A DNA stretch of 64,000 nucleotides, from contig NC_043001.1 of the NCBI RefSeq assembly GCF_006345805.1, positions 77,686,001-77,750,000 of the forward strand, in the 5' to 3' direction. Below, piece after piece: positions 38,290 through 52,785 of this stretch. Numbering within the stretch: the first letter of the stretch is position 1; each line of letters begins with the position of its first letter. The DNA comes from Octopus sinensis (lineage: Eukaryota). A model generated the notes under the pieces. That model had not been told where the DNA came from and made no database searches. It saw only the letters and a list, made by a program, of their open reading frames with translations. The translations under genes and the position numbers were made by a program.

Positions 38290-38652
38290 ACGAATGAGAC
38301 TGTCACGAAAATGCGGACTACGGATTGCTTGTAGGAAAATGCGCCAACTCCTCAGATATTTATGAAACAGCTGTAAAGATCAATGTATATATACATGTGT
38401 GTGCTTGTGTGTGCGTGTGTGTGAAGACGCGTGGCTTAATGGTCAGGATATTCAGGTCACGATCGTAAGGTTGTGATTTCGACAACCGGTGGCGCGTTTA
38501 TACTTTAAGTAAGACACTCCGTTCGCGTTACTCTGTTCGACTCTGCTGGAAAAAGTGAGTAGTACCTGTAATACGAATGGCTGGCCTTGTCAAGATCTGT
38601 GTCCACACAAACACACACACATACACACATATGTGTATATGTATATATATAT

Positions 38653-38706
<54 letters not shown>

Positions 38707-38708
<2 letters not shown>

Positions 38709-38900
38709 CTGGAATTTACAAAAAGATACAAAAGATGAAGACAGGTGTGTAAACAACAAACAGTTGTATTAGAATAACGCTCGGGAAGGTGAGAAAGTCT
38801 TTTACGTTTCGAGCCTACGCTCTTCAACAGAAAGAAATACGAGAACATAAACAGAGCTAGAATTAAAAGAATGATTTAGTGGTTAGTGGTCAGTCATGGC
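38707..38900 (-). mobile_element. Short hammerhead-bearing repeat at a (TA)n edge
   Basis: Homologous to 11377-11570. Confidence 0.6.
38798..38835 (-). ncRNA. Atypical minimal type I hammerhead-like motif
   Basis: TCTTT | CTGTTGAA | GAGC gtag GCTC | GAAA-CG-TA | AAAGA. Stem I 5 bp, stem II 4 bp, palindromic ACGU stem III. The core differs from CUGANGA (U at position 6, one extra A). Confidence 0.5.
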
Positions 38901-38996
38901 GATGGTCGGACAGAGGTGGTCAGACAGGAGAGCTAGGAAGAACGGAACATAATAAAATAGTAGCGATCCCAAAACGAAGGTGCGCATGCGTGTGTA

Positions 38997-38999
<3 letters not shown>

Positions 39000-39034
<35 letters not shown>

Positions 39035-39360
39035 TGTGGATCGGGGCTGGTGACTTTGAGGTTGGGTGTGTGCATGTGTAGGTGTTTGGATGATGGTGTG
39101 GGTGCTGGGAAGTGGTCAGACCTAGTGTGTGCGGGGTGGTCTGATGTGGTGTGGTGGTGTGTGGTTTGGTGTGTGTGTTTGGGAATTAGTCAATGCGAGT
39201 GTGTGCAGTGTGGTGGGATGTGGTGGTGTGCTGTGCTGTGGGTTGTGTTGTGGTGTGATGGTGTAGTGATGTGTGGTATGTTGTGTTGTGGTGTGATGCG
39301 GTGTGGTGTGGTGCGGTGCGTTGTGGGTGTGGTGCGGTGTGGTGTGGTTGTGTAGAGGTA
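39000..39360. repeat. (TG)n / (GTGGT)n low-complexity tract
   Basis: Direct reading. Confidence 0.9.
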
Positions 39361-40164
39361 TGGGGGATGTGAGGGTGAAATTTATGTATGTGTATCAATA
39401 TTTACACGACGGTCTTCTTACAGTAGCTGTCTATCAAATCCATTCACATGCTATAGTCGGTCCTGGATTATTCAGAATGTCAGGCATTTATTCTCAAAAC
39501 CACAGAGTACCAATCATTATTGGTATAAATGCAAATACGTAATCTGGATATAAAAACTGGAGGCTTCCGAGGGTTGTCCATATTTATTTCTCTTTGATAC
39601 GTATATAAGTAAGTATGTATGTATGTGTGTATGTATGTATGTATGTATAAATATATGTATGTATATGTATATGCAGACAAATATACATGGACATGTACAA
39701 GAGCATGCATATACATATACATATAAACGTATACATATGTTTCAAGGTGCACCCGTATACACGCTCTCACACATAAATACATGCATGCATACATACATAC
39801 ATACATACATACATACTACATACATACATACATACATACATACATACACATGTCTTTGTATATTAAGCTATACATATCTTAAGCTTAAGGAAGTTCTATA
39901 TGTTTTTACTCACGTAGACATATATGGCGGTAATTAAGCATTAGAGTAATAATATCGTTTAAATTTTTACTAATTACAAATTAAAGTAACTGGATGTTAA
40001 TTACTGAAGATGTAAAAACATAATTCTCCGTTAACAGGAATCGGTTGAGTTTCAGATTGGTTTTAAAATAGAAATATAATTAAAATAGAAATATAATTTC
40101 GAATGCGAACATTTACCGTGGGTATCTACGAAAGTAAAGTTACACTATTTATACCTATATATTA

Positions 40165-40545
40165 TTCAATCACTAGACTGCGGCCATGCTGGCGTACCAC
40201 GTTGAAGAATTTAGTCAAATCGACATGAGAATTTATTCTTTAAAATCTGGTACTTATTCTATTCTATTGGTCTTTTTTAGCAAGTATAGGACAAACCAAC
40301 ACGACTAAACAGCCGACGGTGCGGTACAAACCGAAGAAAAAAAAACACATGCACAGACGCACTAACACAGACACATATACATAATCATGACGGGACCCTA
40401 CACATTTATCATCTACTAAATCCACTCACAATGCATTGGTTACTCGGAGCTATAGCAGAAGACTTTGCCCAAGGTACACACAGTGGGACTGAAACCGAAA
40501 CTATATGGTTGGAAAATGTTTTAACCATACAGCCAAGACTGCGCC
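40165..40545 (-). mobile_element. SINE family B, diverged full-length
   Basis: GACTGCGGCCATGCTGG at 40176; AAATCCACTCACAA at 40418; GTGGGACTGAAACC at 40483. Confidence 0.7.
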
Positions 40546-40963
40546 GAATCAATAATTAAACAAATAAAAAGAAAACTTGAACAACAGTTAACTTACAGGC
40601 GTAATCTGTAATTAGAGTTCGTTTGTAGAACAATATACATGTTCAAGAATTTAGTCTGGTTTTGTGCGAAAGTTTTTATTATAAAGAATAGATGAATTTC
40701 AAAAACGCGGCGTTATTTTTTGATGGTAGAAATAATATTTTCTTTCTACAGGGTGTATGTAGTGTGAACTCGAACAAAAAAAAGTGAGTGTGGTATATAT
40801 ATATATATATATATTCTATATATATATATATATATATATGTACATACATACATATATACATGCATGTATATATGTATATACACAAACACATGCATATGCA
40901 CATATATGTACTACGCATATATGTATAGATATATGATATATATATAGATATATGTTTGTGAAT

Positions 40964-40995
<32 letters not shown>

Positions 40996-41505
40996 TATAT
41001 ATAATATATACACATGTATATAATATATTATATGTATATATATATACATATATATGCATACATATAATATACATATACACACACACACCTACACATAAAC
41101 ACAAACGCACGCACATACGCAGACATTCCTACGTATATATCTGTATGTTCTATGTGTGTATAGGCATGAATGCATGGGTGGATATATGAACGTATACATG
41201 TATCAACATAAGTATGTATTCCTGTATTTGTCTATGCATGTATCAGCATATATGTTTTAAACCGTTGATTAAAAACAAACAAACCAATAAGATGTCGGTT
41301 CTTATCAAATTATGTTTCTTAATTATATAGTCAGATTACAGTTACGTCTGTCGCCTTAACTAGACCGTTAACGTCTGCATTTTTTGAAGTTCTTAATTAT
41401 GTCTCAATATACACTCCCATGTGCCTACCCATGTATCTATGCACATATGTATTTATCTCTTTGTATGTATTTATATAGATACCATATATTATATATACAT
41501 ACAAG

Positions 41506-41547
<42 letters not shown>

Positions 41548-41705
41548 CAATATATATATATATGCACATACTATATATATATATATATACATAGATATAT
41601 ATATATGCATACGTATATATACATATATTTGTTGCGTGTGTGAATAACTCTGTATATACACACACATACCCGCAAACATATACATACATACATATACCTA
41701 TATAT

Positions 41706-41756
<51 letters not shown>

Positions 41757-42502
41757 GTGTATATATACATACATGCACACACATACACACATATATATGA
41801 ATATATATTTTAAAATAAATTAATATAAATGCATTAATATAATTATACATGTGGATATATATATAATATATATATATATACACACACAATTATGAACATA
41901 TATATATATATATATATATATAGATATATATACATAATATATATATATATATATATACACACATACAGATATCATAAAGACGTGTATGGTTGTGTATGTT
42001 TACGTTTTAATCTTTTTCTGTGCCTATAAAATTAATTTGTGTGTGTGAATATATATATATATGTGCGTGTGTGTGTGTTTGTATGTGTGTGTTTGTGCGT
42101 GTGTGTATGCATGTGTGTGTGTGTGCCTGTGTATCTGAGCATTTATGTATGTATTTATTACAGATTTCGAGTAATATATACCCGTTAGGCGAATACATTG
42201 ATGTGCAAGATGTGGTACATACCTTAGAAATGTTGTGTGCACATATACATGTACATACACACATATATATGCATGTATGCATGTATATATTTATGCATTT
42301 ATATGCGTCTGTTTGTTTGTTTGTGTGTGTATATATATATATTGACGTTGATAACAGGGACTTCGAAACTTCACCCGTGCTGGCTTATTTAATCTGTCAG
42401 TTTGAATAAGCTCCACCGCTGGTGAAAGCTGGAAGCTACTTCAACAAAATGATAAGAAATAACTGTTCATAAACATACATACGTACATACATACATAAAC
42501 AA

Positions 42503-42541
<39 letters not shown>

Positions 42542-42607
42542 ATATATATATATACATACATAAATACATACATACATACATACATACATAAACAAATACA
42601 TACATAC

Positions 42608-42648
<41 letters not shown>

Positions 42649-42708
42649 TTACATATATATATATATACATACATAAATACATACATACGTACATACATAC
42701 ATAAACAA

Positions 42709-42766
<58 letters not shown>

Positions 42767-43892
42767 ATATATATATATATATACTATATATATATATACA
42801 TACATAAATACATACATACATACAATACATACACACATATTCACGCTCACACAATATATGCCTTCGTATTGTCATGTGTTTGAGTTTACAAACATATTCA
42901 TCTCTCTTTCACTCTCTCACTCTCGCTCCCCCTCTCTCACTCCCTCTCTCTCTCCTTTTGTCTGTATATCAGTATATGTAATAGCGTATATGCAAATATA
43001 TTAAGACAGCATTAAACATAATTAGATAAAACCTGAATATGTGTCGGTATAATAGTATTACATAATTATTAAAAACTTTACTGTAGCATTAAATCTTCCC
43101 ACGAATCTGACTTTTGAAGCTGTTTCGAATGCCAGGGAGCCATAGAGAAAACTCCGAAACTAAAGAAAGAATACAATGAAAGACTGGGTATGTCCACTTT
43201 AAACAAACTGAACTTTATAAAAAATACTCAACAGAGCAAGAACAAAAAATTAACCACTCAGAGATAAGTAAATAATTTTCTGAGTTCTGGAAAATTGGGC
43301 TGGTGACTAGTTTTCTATGATGTATTTGTTGATCGGGATCATAACATTTCCCATGAACGGCACAGCAGCCCGTCGCATTGTTACTCGTTTATAGTTTAGT
43401 GAACTCGAGCAACATTAAACGAAGTGTCTTACTGAAGATAACAACGCATTTCCCGATTTGGGAATGATAAACCATGATGTTGTGTGCGTGAGTGCAACAA
43501 CCTAACTACTTGGTCACGCACCATCACCTTTCAGAGATACACAACTCATTACTTCTTGTAAAAGTAATATCAGAGTAAAACTATCTGAAGAAAGTACATA
43601 CTTTGAATACTTCGTTATAGGATCGTAAAATAAATTTATTACACTTAACCAAAAAGTAAAGGAATGTATTAGCAAATCAGCTGAAGAAAAATTCAATAAA
43701 CTTCAAACTACAGATTGAGCTCCCCTCGTTCACAAGTGTCTCATCTTTCTGATGGATAATCAACCTGATAGTAGAAAGAATAACATTAATATACTAAACG
43801 TAATACAGAATTTATACTACATTACCGTACGGAACAAAGGCAAAAACCGAATAGAAATGCATTTGTGGGTAATATACTAAATGAGATACGGT

Positions 43893-44600
43893 TGTGAGCT
43901 GGCAGAAAAGTTAGCACGCTGGGCGAAATGCTTAGCGGTGTTTCGTCTGCCGTTACTTTCTGAGTTCAAATTCCGCCGAGGTCGACTTTGCCTTTCATCC
44001 TTTCGGGGTCGATTAAATAAGTACCAGTTACGCACTGGGGTCGATATAATCGACTTAATCCGTTTGTATGTCCTTGTTTGTCCCCTCTGTGTGTAGCCCC
44101 TTGTGGGCAGTAAAGAAATAGGTATTTCATCCCTCAGTACATTCTGAGATCAAATTCTGCCGAGGTCGGCTCTATTTTTTATCCCTCTGAGGGTGGGGTG
44201 GGGTCAATTAAATAAACACGAATTCAATACTGGTGACGATGTAATCGAATAATTCCCGTAATTGCTGGCTTTGTGCCAAAATTTGAAACTACCGAAATGA
44301 GACGCTGAGCTGGCAGAATTTTTACTGTGTTGCATAAATTAGTTAGCAACATTTTTTCCCTTGTTTTACTTTCTGAGTTGTAATCCCACCAAGATCGACT
44401 TTGTATTTCATCCTTTCGGATAAAGTTAGTTTTGACCAATTACAATTAGTACTAGCCGATTATCACAAAATTAATACGATAAAATCAATACCAGTCAATA
44501 GAATAAGATTAACTAAATACCGAGCAAACACTGGAGTCCATCTAATCAACTAAATTTCTTCGTTTAAAATTACTGGCCTAATGCCAAAATTAGAAAGAAT
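43893..44600 (+). mobile_element. Tandem cluster of SINE family A copies (one full, about three partial)
   Basis: GAGCTGGCAGAA heads at 43896 and 44307; repeated GAGTTCAAATTCCGCCGAGGTCGAC-like B-box segments. Confidence 0.75.
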
Positions 44601-45164
44601 ATTACTATACAGAATAAAATTTTCGCACAAAAATGAGCAAATAACAGCAATAGAAGCTACATTTAAATCAAAGCGCAAACCAAGAATCGACACGAATTTA
44701 CTGCAGTTATGAATTCAACTATGAAAGTAGTTGTAGATATAAATATTGAACTCAGATCCGTCTCAGCTGATTTTAGCAGTTACAGGATCATTCCCTTGAT
44801 ACCTCATTACAAACTGCAACGATATATGAATTATAGCGTTATTGTCTGCACTTTTGAAGATGACACTGGGAAGGTGCCACGTAGTGTTAATAGACATAGG
44901 AAAGTTATTACTCAACCTAAGGATCAATAATATGGAAAGATGAAGCAGTCACTAATAAAACGATTAAACTCAGACACAGTTCTATCTTCTATATATCACA
45001 AACACATAAGCTTGCATATATATCAAATATATATCAAATAATGTAGATAAAATGACAATTAAATCATACGCTTAGATATATAAATATGTATCTAAGTGTA
45101 ATGGATGCATAAATTTATAGTGGAGGGATATTAGTTTATATTGCAAAGATTAGCGCAAACTGAT

Positions 45165-45520
45165 GAAATATTCCATCTATTCATCCATCCATCATTTCCT
45201 CAAGTATTCCTGTGAGAGTCGTAGAGGTAGAATCCTTAGCCACCTCCCCCATTGGGTCCTATCAAAAGCAACCGTCAATATCCTTTCTGGCCTGGTACCC
45301 AAGCTTGACCAACAGATAGTATGGATAGTATCCAACCATCCCATTTTTGGACTACCATTATGTCTGCTAACGGTTGGCTCGACTTGAAGAATCCGTCTTG
45401 CCGTTTTTCTTTTCTCCCATTCCAATCACATGTCCGTGGTACCAGAGCTGTGATTACTCGATACGGAGAAGTAACAACTCGACCTGGAGACAGCCTGATC
45501 GACAAGTATGAAAGGTAGAG
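45165..45520 (-). mobile_element. RTE-type LINE 3' end with (GATG)n tail
   Basis: GSPKMGWLDTI..AFDRTQWGRW (ORF 45192-45425) matches RTE 'GRP..W.D.I..DR..W'; plus-strand CATCCATCC tail. Confidence 0.6.
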
Positions 45521-45617
45521 ATAAAATATTTTGAGTTTGAAAGAATATCCATCAGGTTGTGGAATCTTATATTGAAGATATTGAGGGTCGCAATTAAGCA
45601 TTAATTTTAAAGGAGAG

Positions 45618-45960
45618 TAAGGCGGCAAGGTGGCAGAATCATTAGAACACCGGGCAAAACGCTCAGCGGAATTTCATATGTCGTCACGTTCTGGGTTCAA
45701 ATTCCGAGGTCGACTTTGCCTTTCATCCTTTTGGGGTCAATAAAATGAGCACCAGTTTAACACTGTGGTCAATGGAATTGACTTAGCTCCACCCCAAAAA
45801 TTGTGCCAAGGTTTGAAACCAATACTTAAGGAGAGTAGAAGGCAGGGAGCAAGCAGAAATGTAGGCATGCCGGGGAATATGCTTAGCGGCATTTTGTCCC
45901 TTTTTACGTTTCGAGTTCAAATTCTGCCGAGGTCGACTTTGCCTTTCATCATTTTGCGAT
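45618..45960 (+). mobile_element. Two SINE family A copies; the second is cut at the MITE
   Basis: GGCGGCAAGGTGGCAGAATCATTAG; GAGTTCAAATTCTGCCGAGGTCGACTTTGCCTTTCATC. Confidence 0.75.
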
Positions 45961-45961
45961 A

Positions 45962-46296
45962 AGTAGCCGCACGACATCGTGAAGTATATTTGCCACCTAA
46001 ATGTGACTGATCCTTAAGGGTCAATGCTACTGTAGTTTGTAACCCCAGGATGACATCTCCCCCAGCTGGCTATTGACACACTATCTGTAATCTATCAGCA
46101 TTCGCAAAGGGAAGTCATTGTGCCCATCTTCAGCCTGATGTGATACACACGGACCCGAGATTTTAGGGCACAGATAGTGTGTCAATAGCCAGCTTGAGGA
46201 GATGTCATCCCGAGGTTAAAAGCTACAGTTGCATCGACCCTTAAGGGTTAGCCACATTTAGGTGGCAAATATACTTCACGATGACGTGCGGCTACT
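45962..46296. mobile_element. Fold-back MITE with ~125-bp TIRs and ~80-bp spacer
   Basis: AGTAGCCGCACG.CATCGTGAAGTATATTTGCCACCTAAATGTG..TATTGACACACTATCTGT versus its reverse complement at 46170-46296. Confidence 0.9.
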
Positions 46297-46443
46297 GTTT
46301 ACATCTCGCTCAGAGATATATTATTTATTATTAATTGCTTATAATATATCCTCCGTAATGTATCTTTACATTACTTTTTAATTATATATGAACAAATACA
46401 CACACACACACACAACATATATATATATTATATATATATATAT

Positions 46444-46484
<41 letters not shown>

Positions 46485-46494
46485 GAAGGAAACC

Positions 46495-46684
46495 GGGTTC
46501 AAGGCTTCAAGACTCGTCATCAGGGTCTGTAGTAGAAGATATTAGTGTAATGTAATACGCAATGGGTTTGAACCCGGAGGCATGCAGTTAGGAAGCTAAC
46601 TTCTCACCCTACAGCTACGCCTACAGCATATACATACATACAAACGCGCGCACACACATACACATATATATGTATGAATGTATG

Positions 46685-46715
<31 letters not shown>

Positions 46716-46747
46716 TATATATGTATGTATGCTTGGATGTTTGTATA

Positions 46748-46838
<91 letters not shown>

Positions 46839-47200
46839 CATACATGCATATATATACAAACATACATAAATGCATTCATATATAAGCATGTATGCATATG
46901 TATGTATATGCTGTAGGTCTAGCTGTGGAGCAAGAAGTTGGCTTATCAACTACATGCTTCCAGGTTCAATCCCATTGCGTATTACATTACCCAAATATCA
47001 TCTGCTACAGACCCTGACAACCGATGATTTGAAGTCTTAAACCCGGGTTTATGTCTTTCCGTCACCGCAACATAGCGGTTCAGTATCAGAATGATAGAAA
47101 ATATACTAGGCTAAAAAGCTATGTACCCTGGTCAATACATCTGCAAGGCGGTGCCCGGCATGGCTGAAGTCCAATGACTGAAAAGGATACAATATATTTT
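46495..47200. mobile_element. Divergently oriented pair of SINE family B-like heads around a (TA)n spacer
   Basis: Minus copy 46495-46634 and plus copy from 46903 share TGTATATGCTGTAGG and CCATTGCGTATTACATTAC. Confidence 0.7.
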
Positions 47201-47492
47201 TATAATAACTCATCAGGTGTACGGTGAACCTTAGGAAGCTGAACGATGATAAACATATTTGTTCTTAATTCGTACAAGGAAATTCAGACGTAGATATATA
47301 TTCACTGAGAAGTACTAGCGTTGTTGAAACACTGGGTGTCTCAGAATCCGCTTACTCTAATGAATCAGGTTGGTTATGAAGAAACATTCCTCTGAGACGT
47401 GATGCTCGGCTGAGATGAACTACAACAGGGATCAACATATTCACGACTCTTTCGGAATAAATTATGCACACATACATACATATGCGTGTGTA

Positions 47493-47572
<80 letters not shown>

Positions 47573-47969
47573 TGTTTAGTGAAGCCGAAAATGTCTTCGC
47601 AAAAAAACTGCCATTCAGAGTTTCACGCTAACGTTCATCGGACAGTTGTGATCGCATAGACAGACACACACACATCATATATTTATAACGTATTATGCTA
47701 GCTAGTCGTTGTCTCAAAACAAATTACTCGACAAGTTAAGCAGAGCAGATATTATTTCCACGAAATACATTAGCCAAAACCTTTCCACTTTACAATGTGT
47801 GTGTGTTTGTGCGTGTGTGTGCTTCTGTGTGTGTGTGTCGCGAGATATGCAGAGATAGAATATTTGCCAATTTAACAATATGTACGCCACCTTGAATCAA
47901 TGCTGCTTTAAGCAAATACTCGGCTACATGCTTACAGGCGCTTACACACGCAGACACACCGAGATACAT

Positions 47970-48038
<69 letters not shown>

Positions 48039-48182
48039 CACACATACACACATACACCTATGAGGAAATGAAGCTACATGTAGTAGCGTATGTGTGTTGG
48101 TATTTTCTTAGTCTTTGAAAGTGCGTTTCAATTTATGCAGGAATCTTTCGAAATCAACATAACAGACATAACACACATGATG

Positions 48183-48214
<32 letters not shown>

Positions 48215-48647
48215 TGTATGTATGTATATATATATATTTATTTATTCGTACACACACACATGCACACGCACGTATGTATATATATATATATGTATATGTA
48301 TATATATATATGTATGTGTGTGCGTGTGTGTGTGGGGTTCTGTGAGTGCGTGCATGCGTGTTTATATTCCAAGCGTAGACACAGATACACACAGGCTACA
48401 GATATTGAGAGGTGTCTTTCATGAATTTAATGGTACGTAAACATGCGATAAACTTGAAACCTCTAATAAAACATTTGCACTCATTAACAATAGCCTAATA
48501 TACGTGTGCTTACATCCTTACACACATACATACATTCATACATGTATACACGCACATATACATACATACATACATACACACATATATATATACGCGCACA
48601 CGCACAGACATGCACACTTGCATATAGACATATACATACATACATAA

Positions 48648-48710
<63 letters not shown>

Positions 48711-49334
48711 CACATATATGTATGATTATGTATGGGTCATATTTAAATTTCTTAATGCTGATAATATTTGTCCTTTAGCACATGTAATAAGTTGCTTCTT
48801 CCGTTACACACACACGCAAACACGCACACATATGTATATATACACACACATATATATATACATATATATTACATTTATGTATATATATATATATCTATTA
48901 TATACATATATATATATATATACAAATATATATATATATATATATTTAGGTTTTTATATATATATGTATATATATATGTTTATATATATATATATATATG
49001 TATGTATACACAACACATATGTATGTTTATGCGGCGCGCGTGTAACCGTGTATCATGTAATTTTCTCGATTTGTTTGCGTACACACGGACTTGACGCACA
49101 CACTTGCACACATATGGCACCTTCCGCCACCACAGACTCATACTCTCTCACACACACATATATACATAAACACGAGCGTGTGCTTGTGAGTGTTTCTGTT
49201 TACGTATAGCTGTTTGACTATCTGCGTACGTTTCTGCGTATTTGATATATATATATATATGTATATATATATATGCGTGTGAGTGTGTGTATGTGTGCAT
49301 GCGTGCGTGTATATACATACCTGAACTATCTCCG

Positions 49335-49505
49335 ATTCTCATGAGAGAAGAAAAAGATTTCATAACAGCATTTAAACAAGCCGTGGGCTAACATCTGCAA
49401 GAGATTCCAGAAAAACCGCCTACACCAGGATATATCTCTCCAAGCAGTAACTCCTTACATGAATGGGATATGGTGCCCAAAGAACGTCTGTAATATTACT
49501 TTCTA
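49335..49505 (+). mobile_element. CR1-type LINE 3' ORF relic
   Basis: EEKDFITAFKQAVG*HLQEIPEKPPTPGYISPSSNSLHEW parallels EEKDPINFKRSLDRFLQRIPD..NSLL at 24000-24120. Confidence 0.55.
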
Positions 49506-49519
49506 CTATGGGCAAAAGG

Positions 49520-49715
49520 CCTGAAAATCTGGGGTAGGAATAACGTGATTAAATCAACCCCACGGCGTAACTTGTACTTATTTTATCGACCTTCGAAAAG
49601 GATAAAAGGTAAAGTCGACCTAGATTGAATTTTACTCAGAAAGTGAAGAAGACAAACGAAATACCACTAAGAAATTCATCCGGCCAGCTAACAATTCTGC
49701 CAGTCCTCCGCCTTA
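49520..49715 (-). mobile_element. SINE family A
   Basis: RC of head (AATTCTGCCAG..CCGCCTT) and body (GTACTTATTTTATCGACC..GGATAAAAGGTAAAGTCGACC). Confidence 0.75.
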
Positions 49716-50582
49716 AGAGCATCTGTAATATTAAACATCAATAAGAGTCTTTTCCAGATGGAAAGTTAGCCTTGGCTTGAGCTAATTCTGACCGACGCTT
49801 ATCTAAGCATACAGACTTACATTCATGTATAATACATACACACATACATACATGCATACTTACGTACGTACGTACGTACATACATACACAAACACACATA
49901 GATACATACAGACACGCATACCCTCACCCACACGGATAAATGTGGATATGCTGATTAGCTTCTGTATGTTCCGATGTCGCTTGGTCGGAAATATAAGAGG
50001 TAAGATTTCCTAGCATTTCTAGATTTATTTATCGGAATATTATGTTGATGAAGGAAATGAATCTTATGATTCTAATCCAGAAACGTGCGTCCTTAATTGA
50101 CCGTGGACTGTTTGATTTCGTTATTTTTCTTCTTTTGTTGCCATATATGATTTACAAATATTGTTATCTGTGGAGACATATTTTTGTAGTAAAAGGAAAT
50201 AGCAGCCCTCTGGCTGCTATTTCTAAAATTTTCGGTATGTGGTCAAGCAACTTGTTGCAAAGACCCTTATTGTTATAATTATATATAAGACAACTTTCAT
50301 GAACAATAGTGATTTATTAGCACAGAATTGTGGATTCTTTCATATCGAACTACGATAAGCTGAAAGAAGTTTTTGTTGTATTTCACGGTTGGCAACCAGC
50401 GTTGCTAGGTATGCGAATAAGATTACAAGAGTTAAGGATTAGATAAGATTCGGTATACATATGTTACTTAGCGAGCGGAACCTCGCCAAGGAGGTGTATA
50501 CAACAGGCTACTCTTCAGGCCAAGGGTATCTTGATTAAATGAAGTTTACATTGTCGTAAGGAGGTACACAGAAGATTCGATA

Positions 50583-50633
<51 letters not shown>

Positions 50634-50869
50634 TATGTGGATAAACGAAAGAAAAAGGCACCCAACACATCTTGTAGGAATTACATAAATTATTATTTAA
50701 AAGTCCGATTCGGTTCTATGCGACCTAAATATTCCCTGACCTCTTTGCAGAAACTTTTCTCATTCAGGTTTACACTATCGATTCGGTTATGTAAGTCTGA
50801 ACGGGCCAGGTTTTTGTAAAGGGGACTTCTAAACTTTAATTCGCAGAGAGACAAATCAAACTGTTTTAA

Positions 50870-51015
50870 ATAATAATAATAATAAAAATAATGATAATAA
50901 TAACAATAACAACAACAACAATAATAATATTAATATTAATAATAATGACAATGATAATAATAATAACAACAGCAACAACAACAACAACAACAGCAACAAC
51001 AACAACAACAATAAC

Positions 51016-51072
<57 letters not shown>
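50870..51072. repeat. (TAA)n/(CAA)n microsatellite
   Basis: Direct reading. Confidence 0.95.
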
Positions 51073-51894
51073 TCTCTCTGAAAAGTTAATCACGCGGAGT
51101 TTATTTCTCTCTTAAGTTTTACAGTGGACTATCTAACTGCAGGATGTGTAGTGCCTTAAAGACCCATCCTCTGAAAATCACTTGATATTTTTCTGCTTTG
51201 TAGGTAATATATACGTGATAGGTCGGCAGGAAACGGTGACACTTCAGGCAATTGCCTTCGCAATCATGGACTTTGTGTATATTTGGTACCATGCATGAAA
51301 TCGTCCCTCTGGTTAGAGTGTTTCTAATTTCTCCTTAGTTATTTCGCCGATTTTCACTACGCTGTACATTCCTGTTCTCCGCTAAACTTAACGAGCTTTT
51401 CTCAAAGCATCAGACGCTCTTCTTTAATTAAATAAACGTTTGAAGTCCTTAACTAAACCTGCTTACAAATTTGGAGAGTTGTAACATTTTCATGTTTCTC
51501 TCTGCCTCTCACTCCCACATAGAGTCACACATACACACACATGCACCAGAGAGACACACATAAACATGCACACACATGCATACACACACACACACAGACA
51601 GACACACACCCCACAGAGATATGCATAGACATGCACACAGACACATACACGCACAGGAGCACAACACAGAGAAGTACGCATAAACATACACTACACATAC
51701 ACGAACACACACACACATCACAGAGGTGCGCATAAACACACATGCACGCACTCTCTCTTTTAACGGTCTCTCTTTCTTTCTTACTTTTTCTTTCTCTCTT
51801 TCTCGTTGTATAAATTCATACACGCACACACATATATATATGTATATATATATATATATAATATATATATATATATATTATATAAATATATAGA

Positions 51895-51925
<31 letters not shown>

Positions 51926-51927
51926 TC

Positions 51928-51959
<32 letters not shown>

Positions 51960-52729
51960 TATACATATATATAGATATATAGATGGATAGAGAGATAAAT
52001 ATACATACATGCGCATATACACCAGTATGCACACACATACGTATTTTATACATTCATATCCCATCCTCCCTCGATATTTATATATGCATTCGTGTATGTA
52101 TATATGTATGTATAAATAGGTTTGTGTGCATCGATGTGTGTGTATGTGTGTGTGAATGTAAGAGGAGAGAGAGAGAGGGGGGAGCAACAAAGAGAGAAAG
52201 AGAGAGAGACAGGAGAAAGAGAAAAAAGACAGGTGAGGCTACGAGGCTGTATGAGTGTATTTGAAATGGGTTGTGAGAGAAAACGAAAGTAGGAAGTATG
52301 AAAGAGCAGAGAGGCAATAATATCAACTGTACAGTGTAATACAGTTACAAACCAATGACATTTTGGCAAGTATATTAAGCAAATCTTGTATGTTAGTAAA
52401 ATTAGTCCTTGAGGAGCTTCACCGTGTGATATCAAATTAAGCTGGGCTATTTCAACAAAGATGTGCCTGCCAAATAAAGAAAATCACATTAGATCTAACA
52501 TTTACTTTAAATGCCAATCTTGAAATCCAGGGTGTGTTGTACTGACATGTACAAAGGGAATTGAATTTCCTCCTAAACTTCCTCCGACCCTCCTTACCTT
52601 CTTCTCTTCTTCCCTTTTCTTTGTCTTCTCCCTCTTTTTTCTTTCACCCTTTCTATCCTTATGTCGTCAGCCACGGTATGAATCGTTCCTCTCCTTCTTT
52701 ATCTCTTACTCTTAATCAATAGAATCTTC

Positions 52730-52734
52730 TTCGG

Positions 52735-52785
<51 letters not shown>

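Noticed and set aside
44709-44930. 73-aa plus ORF, or minus exon VIFKSADNN..
   Set aside because: No recognisable motif; splice sites are weak and alternatives are equally plausible.
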